Below are positions 9,601-19,422 of a stretch of DNA of 64,000 nucleotides, one piece after another. The first letter of the stretch is position 1; every line of letters begins with the position of its first letter. The stretch comes from Thermodesulfobacteriota bacterium (GTDB lineage: Bacteria > Desulfobacterota > Binatia > Binatales > Binataceae), in the NCBI GenBank assembly GCA_046728175.1, contig JBKPEA010000050.1, forward strand, positions 389-64,388, read 5' to 3'. Under the pieces are notes generated by a model that had not been told where the DNA came from, did no database searches, and was given only the letters and a program-made list of their open reading frames with translations. Made by a program: the position numbers and the translations under genes.

Positions 9601-10599
9601 CTAGGCGAGCTTTTCGACCTTCTCGTTGCCGTCACGATTGCCGTCGGACGTCGCTCGTTCCACGCGCTCGCCGCGGGAGCTGCGCTCGGCCCGCTCCGAA
9701 CGGCCCGGCTTGACGGCGCCATTGTTGTGGGTCAGCACCTCGATAAACTTGCGCACCGCCGGCGATAGTTCGCGGCCGCGCTTGTAGATGATGGCCAACG
9801 GCCGCGTAAAGGTTCCTTCCGAGAATTCGAGCATCTTGAGGGTGCCGCGCGAAACTTCGTTCTCCACCGTCATCCGCGGAACGATCGCGCATCCGAGACC
9901 AATCTCGACGGCGCGCTTGATGGTCTCGATATTGTCGAACTCGAGCACGTACTGCGGCTTGACGCCGTGGTCGCGCAGAATGCGATCCGATGCTTTGCGG
10001 GTGGCGATGTCACGCTCGTAGCCGACGAACTTCTGCCCCGAGAGCGCGCCCACGCTGACCTTGTTGTGTTTCGCGAGCGCGCTGTCGGGGGGCACTACCA
10101 GCACCAGCTCATCATGCCTGAACGCGATGGACACGATCTGGCTGCGCTTGGCGGGATAGGCCACCACGCCCAGATCGATCTTGCCCTCCACCAGGTCTTC
10201 GTAAATTTTGTTCGAGCGCAGGTATTCGAGATGGACGTTGACGGCCGGATAATTGCGCAGGAACTCGGTCAGGTAGGGCGGGAGCTCGTGGAGTCCGACG
10301 CTGTAGACGGTGCCAACCCGAATCGAGCCTGCCACCACCGACCCGATCTCGCGCAGGCGATTTTCGAGCTCCATGAAGCGGCGCACGATCTCTTTGCTGG
10401 CGGTGTAGAGAATCTGTCCCGCGGGAGTTGGTTTGACTCCAGCACGCCCGCGTTCTATCAATCGGCAATCGTACTTTTCCTCCAGACTCCGGACCTGCTG
10501 GCTGACCGCCGACTGGGTTACAAAGTTTTGCGACGCGGCATAAGAAAAGCTTCCACTTTCGATTATGTCGCAGAAAACCTTTAACGTTTCTATGTGCAT
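9601..10599 (-). CDS. LysR family transcriptional regulator
   Basis: N-terminal HTH (SFSYAA..TQSAVSQQVRSLE) and substrate-binding domain. Confidence 0.93.
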   Translation of the reverse strand: MHIETLKVFCDIIESGSFSYAASQNFVTQSAVSQQVRSLEEKYDCRLIERGRAGVKPTPAGQILYTASKEIVRRFMELENRLREIGSVVAGSIRVGTVYSVGLHELPPYLTEFLRNYPAVNVHLEYLRSNKIYEDLVEGKIDLGVVAYPAKRSQIVSIAFRHDELVLVVPPDSALAKHNKVSVGALSGQKFVGYERDIATRKASDRILRDHGVKPQYVLEFDNIETIKRAVEIGLGCAIVPRMTVENEVSRGTLKMLEFSEGTFTRPLAIIYKRGRELSPAVRKFIEVLTHNNGAVKPGRSERAERSSRGERVERATSDGNRDGNEKVEKLA

Positions 10600-10846
10600 A
10601 CTACCTTACGAAATGCTGATTTGTGGCATTAGGCTACGTGATACTCGGAAGTGAGGCAACCAGTAGCCCAATTTAACTCCCACGGCCCTTCCAATTACCC
10701 TGCGGAAAGCGCCAACGCGGGTCAAGAGAGTCCTCTTCCGGAAGTCCACGAATCCGAGAACCAGCCAACCCGAACCGACGCTCAGGCGCGCCATTTTTTT
10801 TCGTAAAACCCTACGTATTCTTCCAAAACATGAAACGGAGCGTAAC

Positions 10847-12016
10847 ATGCCGGAATTGTTAAGAGATCTGGATTTCTTCCATCTGGACGACCTGCTGACG
10901 CCCGAAGAACGCGCCACCCGCGACACCGTGCGCCGGTTCGTCAGCCGTGAGGCGCTTCCCGAGATCGAACGCCACTTCGCCAACGAGACTTTCGCCAAAG
11001 ATCTGATTCCTCAAATGGCCGAGCTGGGTATGTTCGGCGCTAATCTTCGGGGCTACGGATGCGCGGGGATGAACAACGTTGCCTACGGCTTAATCATGCA
11101 GGAACTGGAAGCCGCGGACTCGGGGCTGCGGTCCTTCGCTTCGGTGCAGAGCTCGCTCTCGATGTACGCGATCTACGCCAACGGAACCGAAGAACAGAAG
11201 AAGCGTTACCTGCCGGAAATGGCCAAGGGCAAGCTCATCGGGTGTTTCGGGCTTACCGAACCCGACCACGGCTCCGACGCCGGCGGGATGGAAACGCGCG
11301 CGCGCAAGGACGGCGACGGATGGATTCTCAACGGCACCAAACGCTGGATCACCAACGGATCGATCGCGGATGTCGCCATCGTGTGGGCAAGGGTCGACGA
11401 AGGCATTACCGGATTCCTCGTTGAAAAGGGTACGCCGGGATTCTCCACCCACGACATCCACGGAAAATTCTCGATGCGCGCGTCGATCACCTCAGAGCTG
11501 ATCATGGAAGACGTGCGCATCCCGGCCAGCGCCCATCTCCCCGGCGCGCGTGGACTGAAGGGACCGCTGGGATGTCTCACCCAGGCGCGCTATGGAATCG
11601 CCTGGGGTGCGATCGGCGCCGCGCGTACCTGTTACAACTGCGCGCTCGATTACACCAAGTCGCGCAAGCAGTTCTCGCGCCCACTGGCCGGCTATCAGCT
11701 GGTCCAGAGCAAGCTGGTCACGATGCTCACCGAGATCACTAAGATGCAGATGATCTGCCTGCGGCTGGCCCACCTCAAAGACGCCGGCAAGTACCGCCCG
11801 GAACACGTATCCTTCGCCAAGCGTAACAACGTGAACGAAGCGCTGAAGATCGCGCGCAATGCGCGCGACATGCTGGGCGCAAATGGAATCGTCAACGAAT
11901 ACCCGGTGATCCGGCACCTGCTGAACCTGGAGACGGTAAACACCTACGAGGGCACCTTCGACGTCCACACCCTGATCCTGGGCCGCGACATTACCGGCGA
12001 AAACGCCTTCGACTAA
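10847..12016 (+). CDS. Acyl-CoA dehydrogenase, glutaryl-CoA dehydrogenase-like
   Basis: GCFGLTEPDHGSD, LNGTKRWITN and NLETVNTYEGT motifs. Confidence 0.92.
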   Translation: MPELLRDLDFFHLDDLLTPEERATRDTVRRFVSREALPEIERHFANETFAKDLIPQMAELGMFGANLRGYGCAGMNNVAYGLIMQELEAADSGLRSFASVQSSLSMYAIYANGTEEQKKRYLPEMAKGKLIGCFGLTEPDHGSDAGGMETRARKDGDGWILNGTKRWITNGSIADVAIVWARVDEGITGFLVEKGTPGFSTHDIHGKFSMRASITSELIMEDVRIPASAHLPGARGLKGPLGCLTQARYGIAWGAIGAARTCYNCALDYTKSRKQFSRPLAGYQLVQSKLVTMLTEITKMQMICLRLAHLKDAGKYRPEHVSFAKRNNVNEALKIARNARDMLGANGIVNEYPVIRHLLNLETVNTYEGTFDVHTLILGRDITGENAFD

Positions 12017-12103
12017 CTCGCAATCTTTGCGGGTCACCCGGTTTGCGCGGATTGCCGGAATCTTCCAAATCTGCGAACTCTCATTTCTGAGCGAGGAGGC
12101 GCC

Positions 12104-12919
12104 ATGGAACTCAAAGGCAAGTGCGCAATCGTCACCGGGGCGGCGCGCGGCATCGGACGGGGCATGGCACTCAAGCTGGCGGATGCCGGCGCGAACGTCG
12201 CGCTCGTCGATCTCGGCAATCCCGCCGATCCGACGCTGACCTACAATCTCGCCGCGCAGACCGAGTTGAATCGCACCGTCGAGGAAGTGAAGCGCCGCGG
12301 CGTGCGGGCCGCTGCGATCCTCGCCGACGTGACCCAGTGGGCCGATTGCCAGCGGATGGCCCGGGAGGCCGAGTCGACGTTGGGCGGGATCGATATTCTC
12401 TGCAATAACGCGGGAATCATCGCGGTCGGTCCGGTCGAATCGTTCAGCGAGCAGACCTGGGATCGCGTGATGGGAGTTAACGTCAAGGGCGTGTTCCTGT
12501 GCTCGAAGGCATGCATCCCCGCAATGCGCAAACGCGGCGGCGGCTCGATCGTCAACATCGCGTCGGTGGCAGGCAAGACCGGTCATGGCAACGTGGCCGC
12601 ATATTGCACCAGCAAGTTCGCGGTGGTGGGCTTCACCCAATCGCTGGCCGAGGAACTGGGCCCGGACAACATTCGCGTCAACGCGATATGCCCCGGCTTT
12701 CTGCACACCGCGATGTGGTCGGATGTGCTCGATCCGGTGGTCGCTCCCTCGCTGGGAGTCAATCGCGAGGCGGCTTTCGACGCGTACGTGGAGCGCAACA
12801 CTTTCCTGCGTCGTGCGCAGACTCCGGATGACATCGGGGACGCGGTCGTGTACCTGTGCCGCGCGGACAACATTACAGGCGTGGCACTCAACGTGGCCGG
12901 CGGTGCCGAAATGCACTGA
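12104..12919 (+). CDS. SDR oxidoreductase with an insertion like that of mycofactocin-coupled SDRs
   Basis: TGAARGIG, NNAG and YCTSK motifs; insertion DLGNPADPTLTYNLAAQTEL. Confidence 0.9.
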   Translation: MELKGKCAIVTGAARGIGRGMALKLADAGANVALVDLGNPADPTLTYNLAAQTELNRTVEEVKRRGVRAAAILADVTQWADCQRMAREAESTLGGIDILCNNAGIIAVGPVESFSEQTWDRVMGVNVKGVFLCSKACIPAMRKRGGGSIVNIASVAGKTGHGNVAAYCTSKFAVVGFTQSLAEELGPDNIRVNAICPGFLHTAMWSDVLDPVVAPSLGVNREAAFDAYVERNTFLRRAQTPDDIGDAVVYLCRADNITGVALNVAGGAEMH

Positions 12920-13013
12920 GGAACGCGTCATCTGCGGACTCCCCCGATTGCCGCACTCCTCGTGATCCGTGTAAAGCTGCGAAATCAGCGGCTGCTCTTT
13001 GAGGAGAGATGCG

Positions 13014-13379
13014 ATGATCAAGATCAAAGGCTTCAGCCATAGCGCGGTGCGCATCACCGATGCCGAACGCGCGACCACGTTTTATGAGAGCGTGCTCGGC
13101 CTCAAGAAACTTCCCCGTCCCAATTTTCCGTTTGCGGGAGCGTGGTACGGCGTGGGTGAGAACGCGATTCACCTGATTTCGAGCCAGGACCACGGGCGCA
13201 AGCCCGATCCGCTGGGTGCCCATATCGCGCTCGAGGTGGCCGACTTCGAGGAGACCAAGCGTACCCTTAAGGATATGGGCATCGAATTTCTCGAAGCCCC
13301 ATCCAACATGGGCGCCGGCCGCCAGCTCTGGATCCTCGATCCCGATGGCAACACCGTCGAATTGAGGACCGAACAATAG
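13014..13379 (+). CDS. VOC/glyoxalase family protein
   Basis: HSAVR..FYESVLGL..HIAL..DPDGNTVEL; GAGGAG RBS. Confidence 0.9.
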   Translation: MIKIKGFSHSAVRITDAERATTFYESVLGLKKLPRPNFPFAGAWYGVGENAIHLISSQDHGRKPDPLGAHIALEVADFEETKRTLKDMGIEFLEAPSNMGAGRQLWILDPDGNTVELRTEQ

Positions 13380-13477
13380 AAGAGGCGCGACTCGAACAAT
13401 TCGTGAGCGCGCCTAAGACCGCGCAGTGGCGGGATGTGATCATCAGGCGTAGAGCGCCTGGATGGGAGGATCAGAAA

Positions 13478-14604
13478 ATGTATCCAATGAGAGAACAGGA
13501 GTCTAAGAGTGAGGCTTAGGCACGTAATTGGAGGAGGTTCGGAATCGCTGTAGTTATGGCATCTCTGGTTTCCTTCCTGCGGATCTCGCCAGCACAAGCT
13601 GTAGATCAGCTCATTTTTGGCGGGAACAACGTCTTTCAGCTCGACCATGTCAAATCAGGCGACCGCTAACGCGTGATACGTGCGTTGGAACCGAACCCAA
13701 CTGTTTAATTGGGCAACCGCCGGCACTTGAGCAGGCACCCCCGTGGCCCGCGGACTGGGATGCCCTAGTTTTTCCGGGCCTGGCGCCGGGCACCATCATT
13801 ACGCCCACCCCCGGCGGCGCTCCCTTTGCCGGAACCTTTACCTTGCCTTGGGGCGGGTTCGGTGCTTTCAGCGGCATTTTTTAGGAGCACCTAGTAGACT
13901 TAACTTCCACGATCCTGAAGCAGGGAACAAAAACAGCAATGACGTGTCGACCTGGGTCGTTGCACTCAGAATAGTCCACCGAAAGATGCTTTTGTCGGCG
14001 CCGATCGCAACTTATGTGGGTCCCCCTAACACCAACCACGCCGAACACGAACTTCTTTACCACGGAGCCATCCGCTTCTCCCCGAATGGTTCTGAAACGG
14101 AGGGCATCTGGCTTTTTAAGCAAAATGTCCAGTCTGCACGGGCGGGCCAAATGCCGGCAAAGCGCTATGCGGTAAGGACGGAGTGACGCTCGCACAGCAC
14201 CAAGTGGGTGACGCCTTTCCGTTCATAACTTTCGGGGGAAGCGGTTTTGCGAACATCCAGGTCGCTTCTTGGCAAGGCGCCAACGGCCCGGCAGGCAATC
14301 TGGGCGCCGTTCCCGGTACATCACGTTGTGTCCGGCCGCCAATGACGATGCGTGCGCCGTGACAAACGAGTCCTCGCCGATCACCTTGGGCGCGCCGGGC
14401 GGCGTTCAAGCACCCGGCAGCGGGTTCAACGTGGCCGGAGCAAACTTCGCCGGATTCCCCAACGGCGCAGTCCCGGCGTTGCAATTCGAGGAGGGCGGGA
14501 TTGACCTCAACACGATTTTCAATGGTCCCCCACCCTGTTTCAAATCGTGCATGCACGGACCGCCGCAGGCGCGGCAGACCATGAACCTCCGGTCGGTAAG
14601 ATGA
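13478..14604 (+). pseudogene. Degraded gene for a secreted protein
   Basis: GGAGGA RBS and ATG 13478, in-frame TAG, signal peptide (FGIAVVMASLVSFLRISPAQA), then coding-like pieces in different frames (DWDALVF, LLYHGAIRFSPNG, HQVGD, FEEGGIDLNTIF..PCF). Confidence 0.7.
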
Positions 14605-14610
14605 CCGAGT

Positions 14611-16041
14611 CTAGACTCCTGCCAGTTTGCGCGCGTAGGCGGCGACCGTCTTGAAGTCGTATTCGCGATAGGCCTGCAGCTTCTCTGCCTCGAATCCGCC
14701 CTCCGCGTGCACTGCGAGAACTTCCTGGTATCCGCCGTACTCCGAAGAGGTCAGGTCGCTGATCAAGTTCAGCAACCGCAGCCGCTTTTCCGCGTCGAAG
14801 CCCTTCGCGCCACCCATATACTTGAGCACGTAGTCGCGGGTCGCTTCGCTCTTCAAATCTTCTTCGCCCGGCGCAGTCACCAGCAGTCCGCCGGCGAGGT
14901 CCTGCACGATCTGCACCCCCTGATGGTAGTTGTGCGCGAAGTGATATTTCGCGACGTTGGTCAGCAGCGTATTCGGCACCGCGATTCCGTCTTCGAGCGT
15001 GCAGGTGCGCGCAGCATGTTCGATCAGCCCGCGCACCGTGGTGTGATATGCGGCCAGATGGGTGAGCTTGTCGCGCACGTGTCCGGCACGGGAAATTCCA
15101 TTGGCCTCCGCGATCGCCGCTCCGGCACCCGCGAGCAGCTCCAGCAACGGCAGCTTGTATGACACCGCGGTGAAACGATGAAAGCGGACGAAGGTCAGCG
15201 CGAGCAGGCCCGCGAAGTCGATCTCGCCATTCAGGAAAATTCTCTCCTTCGGCACAAACACGTCATCGAAGACCGTGAGCGTCTCCATCATCTTGTGCCG
15301 CGCGCTGATCGGATGCTCGAACGGATTCTTCTTGCTCGACCCATGCGGACTCGCGATCATCTTCAAGCCCGGTGTATTCATGGGCAGCGCGAACCCGATC
15401 GCATAGGCCTTGTCCTCGGGACGCATCGCTCGCGTCGGCAGAACGATCACTTCGTTGGTGTTGGTCGAAACCGAGGTGTGAACCTTGGCGCCCCTGACCA
15501 CCACACCGTCGGGCCGCTCCTCCACCACGCGCACGTAGTAGTCGGGATGATCCTGCTGCGTGGGGCCCAGCGAGCGGTCCCCCTTGACGTCGGTTTGCGC
15601 GACGGCGACCGCCAGATCGTTGTCACGGCAATGGCGATAGAACTTGTGAATGCGCTCGCGGTACTCGGGTTTGCCCGCGGCCGCCATGCGCTCTCCGATG
15701 ATGTGCAGCGCCAGGAGCGCATCGGTGCCGATCTCCTTGATCAGCACTACCAGCGTGGCGCCCTCCCGGGTCGCAGCGGCGATGAGTGCGCTGCGCTTTA
15801 GCAGATCGTCGCCGTTCCTGGGAAGGTGATAGTAACGGCTGTATTCGTCGGCGCCTTCCTTGACCACCGCCAGCTCCCGGTACTGCGGGTCCTCGGCCAT
15901 CCGGTAGTCAAGCGCGGCGTGTTCGACCGCTATTCCGATAACCGGATGCGCCGTGACATCCGCCACTTTGTCGCCGCGAAAAAATACCGCACGCCCGTCG
16001 CGCAACGATGCCTTGTATTGCTCAGCCGTTCGTAGTCCCAT
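14611..16041 (-). CDS. HpaB/4-hydroxybutyryl-CoA dehydratase family flavoprotein
   Basis: YKASLRDGR, QTDVKGDRS, VVRGAKVH, VFDDVFVP and QDLAGG motifs. Confidence 0.88.
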   Translation of the reverse strand: MGLRTAEQYKASLRDGRAVFFRGDKVADVTAHPVIGIAVEHAALDYRMAEDPQYRELAVVKEGADEYSRYYHLPRNGDDLLKRSALIAAATREGATLVVLIKEIGTDALLALHIIGERMAAAGKPEYRERIHKFYRHCRDNDLAVAVAQTDVKGDRSLGPTQQDHPDYYVRVVEERPDGVVVRGAKVHTSVSTNTNEVIVLPTRAMRPEDKAYAIGFALPMNTPGLKMIASPHGSSKKNPFEHPISARHKMMETLTVFDDVFVPKERIFLNGEIDFAGLLALTFVRFHRFTAVSYKLPLLELLAGAGAAIAEANGISRAGHVRDKLTHLAAYHTTVRGLIEHAARTCTLEDGIAVPNTLLTNVAKYHFAHNYHQGVQIVQDLAGGLLVTAPGEEDLKSEATRDYVLKYMGGAKGFDAEKRLRLLNLISDLTSSEYGGYQEVLAVHAEGGFEAEKLQAYREYDFKTVAAYARKLAGV

Positions 16042-16086
16042 GGCGAATAATCCTTTCCCGATGCTGGCCGCAGACTAGGACACCTA

Positions 16087-16111
16087 ACCACAAAGACACC
16101 AAGACACCAAG
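16087..16111. repeat. Short intergenic ACCAAGAC-type repeat (REP-like half element)
   Basis: accacaaagacaccaagacaccaag. Confidence 0.45.
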
Positions 16112-16223
16112 AAGAGTTGCGATCCGGTTTTGCAGCGGCCATCGGGTTGCGGCCGGTGGTTTATCTGGCCTGAATCCGGGTAAGCTGCGAACTCCGAGAA
16201 TTTCCGCTCCCTGGAGACGGGCG

Positions 16224-17000
16224 ATGTCCGACACGAAGATGTTCGATCTGAGCGGCAAGGTCGCGGTCGTGACCGGCGGCAATGGCGGGATAGGACACGG
16301 CATCGCACGCGGGCTTGCGACCGCAGGCGCGAAAGTCGCCATCTTGGCACGCAACGAACAGCGCAATCGTGATACGCTCGCCGAGCTCCGCGCGCTGGGC
16401 AACCAGGCCATGGCGCTCAAACTCGACGTCTCGCGGCGCGCGGACCTCAAGCCCGCACTTGTGTCTATCGAGCGCGAGCTCGGCCCGGTCGATATCCTGG
16501 TCAACAATGCTGCGTTCGCGGTGCTGAAGAGCCTGCTCGAGCACACCGAGGAGGATTGGGACTCGGTCATCGAGACCGACCTCACCGCGTGCTTTTTGCT
16601 GGCGAAGTATGCAGCGCAATCGATGGTCCAGCGTCGCGCCGGCAAGATCATCAACGTTGCCAGCGTGGGCGGCTACAAGGGCACGCCCATCTACCCCTCA
16701 TACGGAGTCAGCAAGGGCGGCCTTCTGCAGCTGACGCGATGCCTAGCGATCGAACTTGCGCCTTACAATATTCAGGTGAACTCGCTCGCCCCCGGCTGGA
16801 CCACCACCGACATGACCGACTGGATTCGCAATGATCCGCAATACGCCGCGGTGAAACAAGAAATGATTACCCGCACGCCGGCCGGTCGGTTCGCCGAGCC
16901 CGAAGAGATGGCCGGCGCCGCGGTGTTCCTGGCCTCGCATGCATCGGACTTCGTGACCGGCGCCGACATCATAGTCGACGGTGGATTTTTCATAAGATAA
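16224..17000 (+). CDS. SDR oxidoreductase (KduD/gluconate 5-dehydrogenase-like)
   Basis: TGGNGGIG, NNAA, YGVSKGG and RTPAGR motifs. Confidence 0.92.
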   Translation: MSDTKMFDLSGKVAVVTGGNGGIGHGIARGLATAGAKVAILARNEQRNRDTLAELRALGNQAMALKLDVSRRADLKPALVSIERELGPVDILVNNAAFAVLKSLLEHTEEDWDSVIETDLTACFLLAKYAAQSMVQRRAGKIINVASVGGYKGTPIYPSYGVSKGGLLQLTRCLAIELAPYNIQVNSLAPGWTTTDMTDWIRNDPQYAAVKQEMITRTPAGRFAEPEEMAGAAVFLASHASDFVTGADIIVDGGFFIR

Positions 17001-17074
17001 AGAAACAGGATTCCGCAGACTCGTCCCTTCAAGTTCACGGCGAAGCCTGGCCCAGAGAGCTAAAGGAGTTTTGG

Positions 17075-17839
17075 ATGGCTGCACCGAAGATGTTCGACCT
17101 GGCCGGCAACGTGGCCGTGGTGACGGGCGGCAACGGTGGGATCGGCCGGGGCATCGCGCTGGGCTTCGCCGAGGCCGGCGCGGCGGTCGCGATTCTTGCG
17201 CGCAACGAGGAAAAAAATCGCTCGGTCCTGGCGGAACTGGAACGGCTTGGCGCCAGGGCGGTTTCAATTCGTCTCGATGTCACGGAACGCGCGGAGCTGG
17301 AACCCGCGATGGCGGAGATCGAACGCGCGCTTGGCCCGATTTCGATACTGGTCAACAACGCAGGCATCTCGATTCAGAAGAGCGCCGCGAAGCACGACCC
17401 GGATTCGTGGGATCGCGTGATCGAGACCAACCTCAACTCCTGCTTCTTCCTTGCGCAAATCGCGGCGCGCTCGATGATTCCGCACAAGCGCGGCAAGATT
17501 ATCAACATCGCCAGCGAGTATTCACACTTCGGCAGCGGTGCGGTGATTTCCTATTCCGCCGCCAAGGGCGGATTGGTCCAGCTGACCAAATCGCTGGCCA
17601 TCGACTGGGCTCGTTACAACATCCAGGTAAATGCGATCGTCCCCGGGTGGATCAAGACCGACATGACCGCGCCCGCACAATCGGGTCCTTTCTACGATGA
17701 AATAATTACGCGAACGCCCGCGGGCCGGTTCGGCGAGCCCGAGGAAATGGCTGGCACCGCAATCTTTCTCGCTTCACATGCGTCCGACTTCGTGACCGGG
17801 GCAGTGATCAACGCGGACGGCGGCTTCGCGATCAGATAG
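17075..17839 (+). CDS. SDR oxidoreductase, tandem paralog of the upstream gene
   Basis: TGGNGGIG, NNAG, YSAAKGG and RTPAGR motifs. Confidence 0.92.
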   Translation: MAAPKMFDLAGNVAVVTGGNGGIGRGIALGFAEAGAAVAILARNEEKNRSVLAELERLGARAVSIRLDVTERAELEPAMAEIERALGPISILVNNAGISIQKSAAKHDPDSWDRVIETNLNSCFFLAQIAARSMIPHKRGKIINIASEYSHFGSGAVISYSAAKGGLVQLTKSLAIDWARYNIQVNAIVPGWIKTDMTAPAQSGPFYDEIITRTPAGRFGEPEEMAGTAIFLASHASDFVTGAVINADGGFAIR

Positions 17840-18175
17840 GCATCATCCCCAGTCCGTCGGTTGGGGTGTAAGCGAGCGGCAGCTTGCTCACAATATAGGT
17901 CACGGTCATCAGGCCGAAAATAAGTCTTGGGATTTTATCAAGCGGAGTGCCTGCGCGAACCACCTCGCCTCGCTGATTGCTTGTCCGCGGCGAACCGCCT
18001 TATCCAAGGAACCGGGCAGCCTTGCGCTTGACCGAGATTTCGTTTGTTGAGACTACCGGTCGTTGCCGGTGAGCCCACACACCATCTCCGGACGCGCGTT
18101 TGCCACTGCGGCGCTGGGGCGATAGCGTCGCCCTGATTCAGCGGAGATAGCCCCGAATCGAAGGAGCAAGGGGAG

Positions 18176-19370
18176 ATGGACCTGTCAATAAATAACGTCC
18201 GACTGTTCGACGGTTCAGCGGTGAGGGAAGGACGCTGCAGCGTCGGAATCGTCGGAAACAAAATCACCTCCGTTGGATCAGCGACGGTGCACGCGAACCG
18301 GGAGATTGACGCGGGGGGGAAGGTTTCTCATGCCCGGGCTCATCGATTGCCACATCCATCTGCTCAATATGTGGACGGCGACAGATGAGAAGACGATGGC
18401 CGCCGACATCGAGCACGAAATGCCGAAGCGCCTTGAAGACTTTCTTGCGGCCGGCGTCACCACCGTAAAATCGGTTGGCGATTCCGAAGATGACATCCTA
18501 AGGGTGCGGGCCATGCTTACCAGTGGTGAACTCCGTGGCCCCCGATTATTCGCAACCGGAGCTGCGTTCGCGGCTCCCGGCAGTCATCCTGCGACAACCA
18601 TTTTTGGCCGGAATCCGTGGATTCGCCGCCGCTCAACGATCGAGTCCGATTCGTCGTCCGTAGCGCGAGATGCGGTGCGGCGCTTGGCCGAGAAGAAGGT
18701 GGATGCAATCAAGATCGTTCATCAGGGCGGGTGCAAGCACGGAGAACCATATTTTTTTAGGGCGGAAGCGCTGGGCATCAACGTCCAGATCCACAGACTC
18801 GAGCGTGAAGTTCTCAACGCGATCGTAGATGAGGCACATAAGCATGGACTGAAAGCGACGGTTCATACCTTCGATCAGGAGGCCGCCACCGAGGCGCTCG
18901 AAGCCGGAGCCGACGGTCTCGAGCATGGAATCATGGACCATGAGCTAGATGGTGCCCGCGCGATCGAGTTGTTGCTACGAAATCGTGCCTCCTACGTACC
19001 AACGCTTTGGTTGCTTACCTTTGAGGAGAATGCTGCCGCGACGAGATATGCCAATCTGAAGCGGATCGCAGACGCAGGCGTTCGAGTGGTACTCGGGAGC
19101 GATACCTTCTGCGGCTACGGTAAGTTCGGAGAAAACACCATCATCGAAGCGGAGCGTACGTCAGCCGCGGGAATCGCTCCGGAAAAGGTGCTCAGAATGG
19201 CGACCAAAGACGCTGCCGAGCATCTCGGCACAGATGCTCTTGGTACGATCGCGACCGGGAAACTTGCGGACCTGCTTCTGCTTGATGCCGACCCGACGGC
19301 AGACATCACCGCTCTACGCAAAGTTGCCATGGTTGTGAAGGACGGGGCAATTTTGATCGATAAGATGTAA
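18176..19370 (+). pseudogene. Amidohydrolase family gene split by a +1 frameshift in a G7 run
   Basis: Frame 1 reads MDLSINNVRLFDG..IDAGG; frame 2 reads RFLMPGLIDCHIH..; removing one G at 18313-18319 joins them. Confidence 0.85.
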
Positions 19371-19422
19371 CCCCTTCGCGCAGCGGTCGAACTTGAGGCT
19401 TAACTTCGAAGCGCGACGCGCG

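Noticed and set aside
11492-13078. Long antisense ORFs (also 28669-30012, 42985-44091, 49812-50912)
   Set aside because: Shadow ORFs opposite well-supported genes in GC-rich DNA
14611-16041. Marker of the 3HP/4HB or DC/4HB carbon fixation cycle
   Set aside because: Fe-S ligand cysteines are absent and no other cycle genes are nearby
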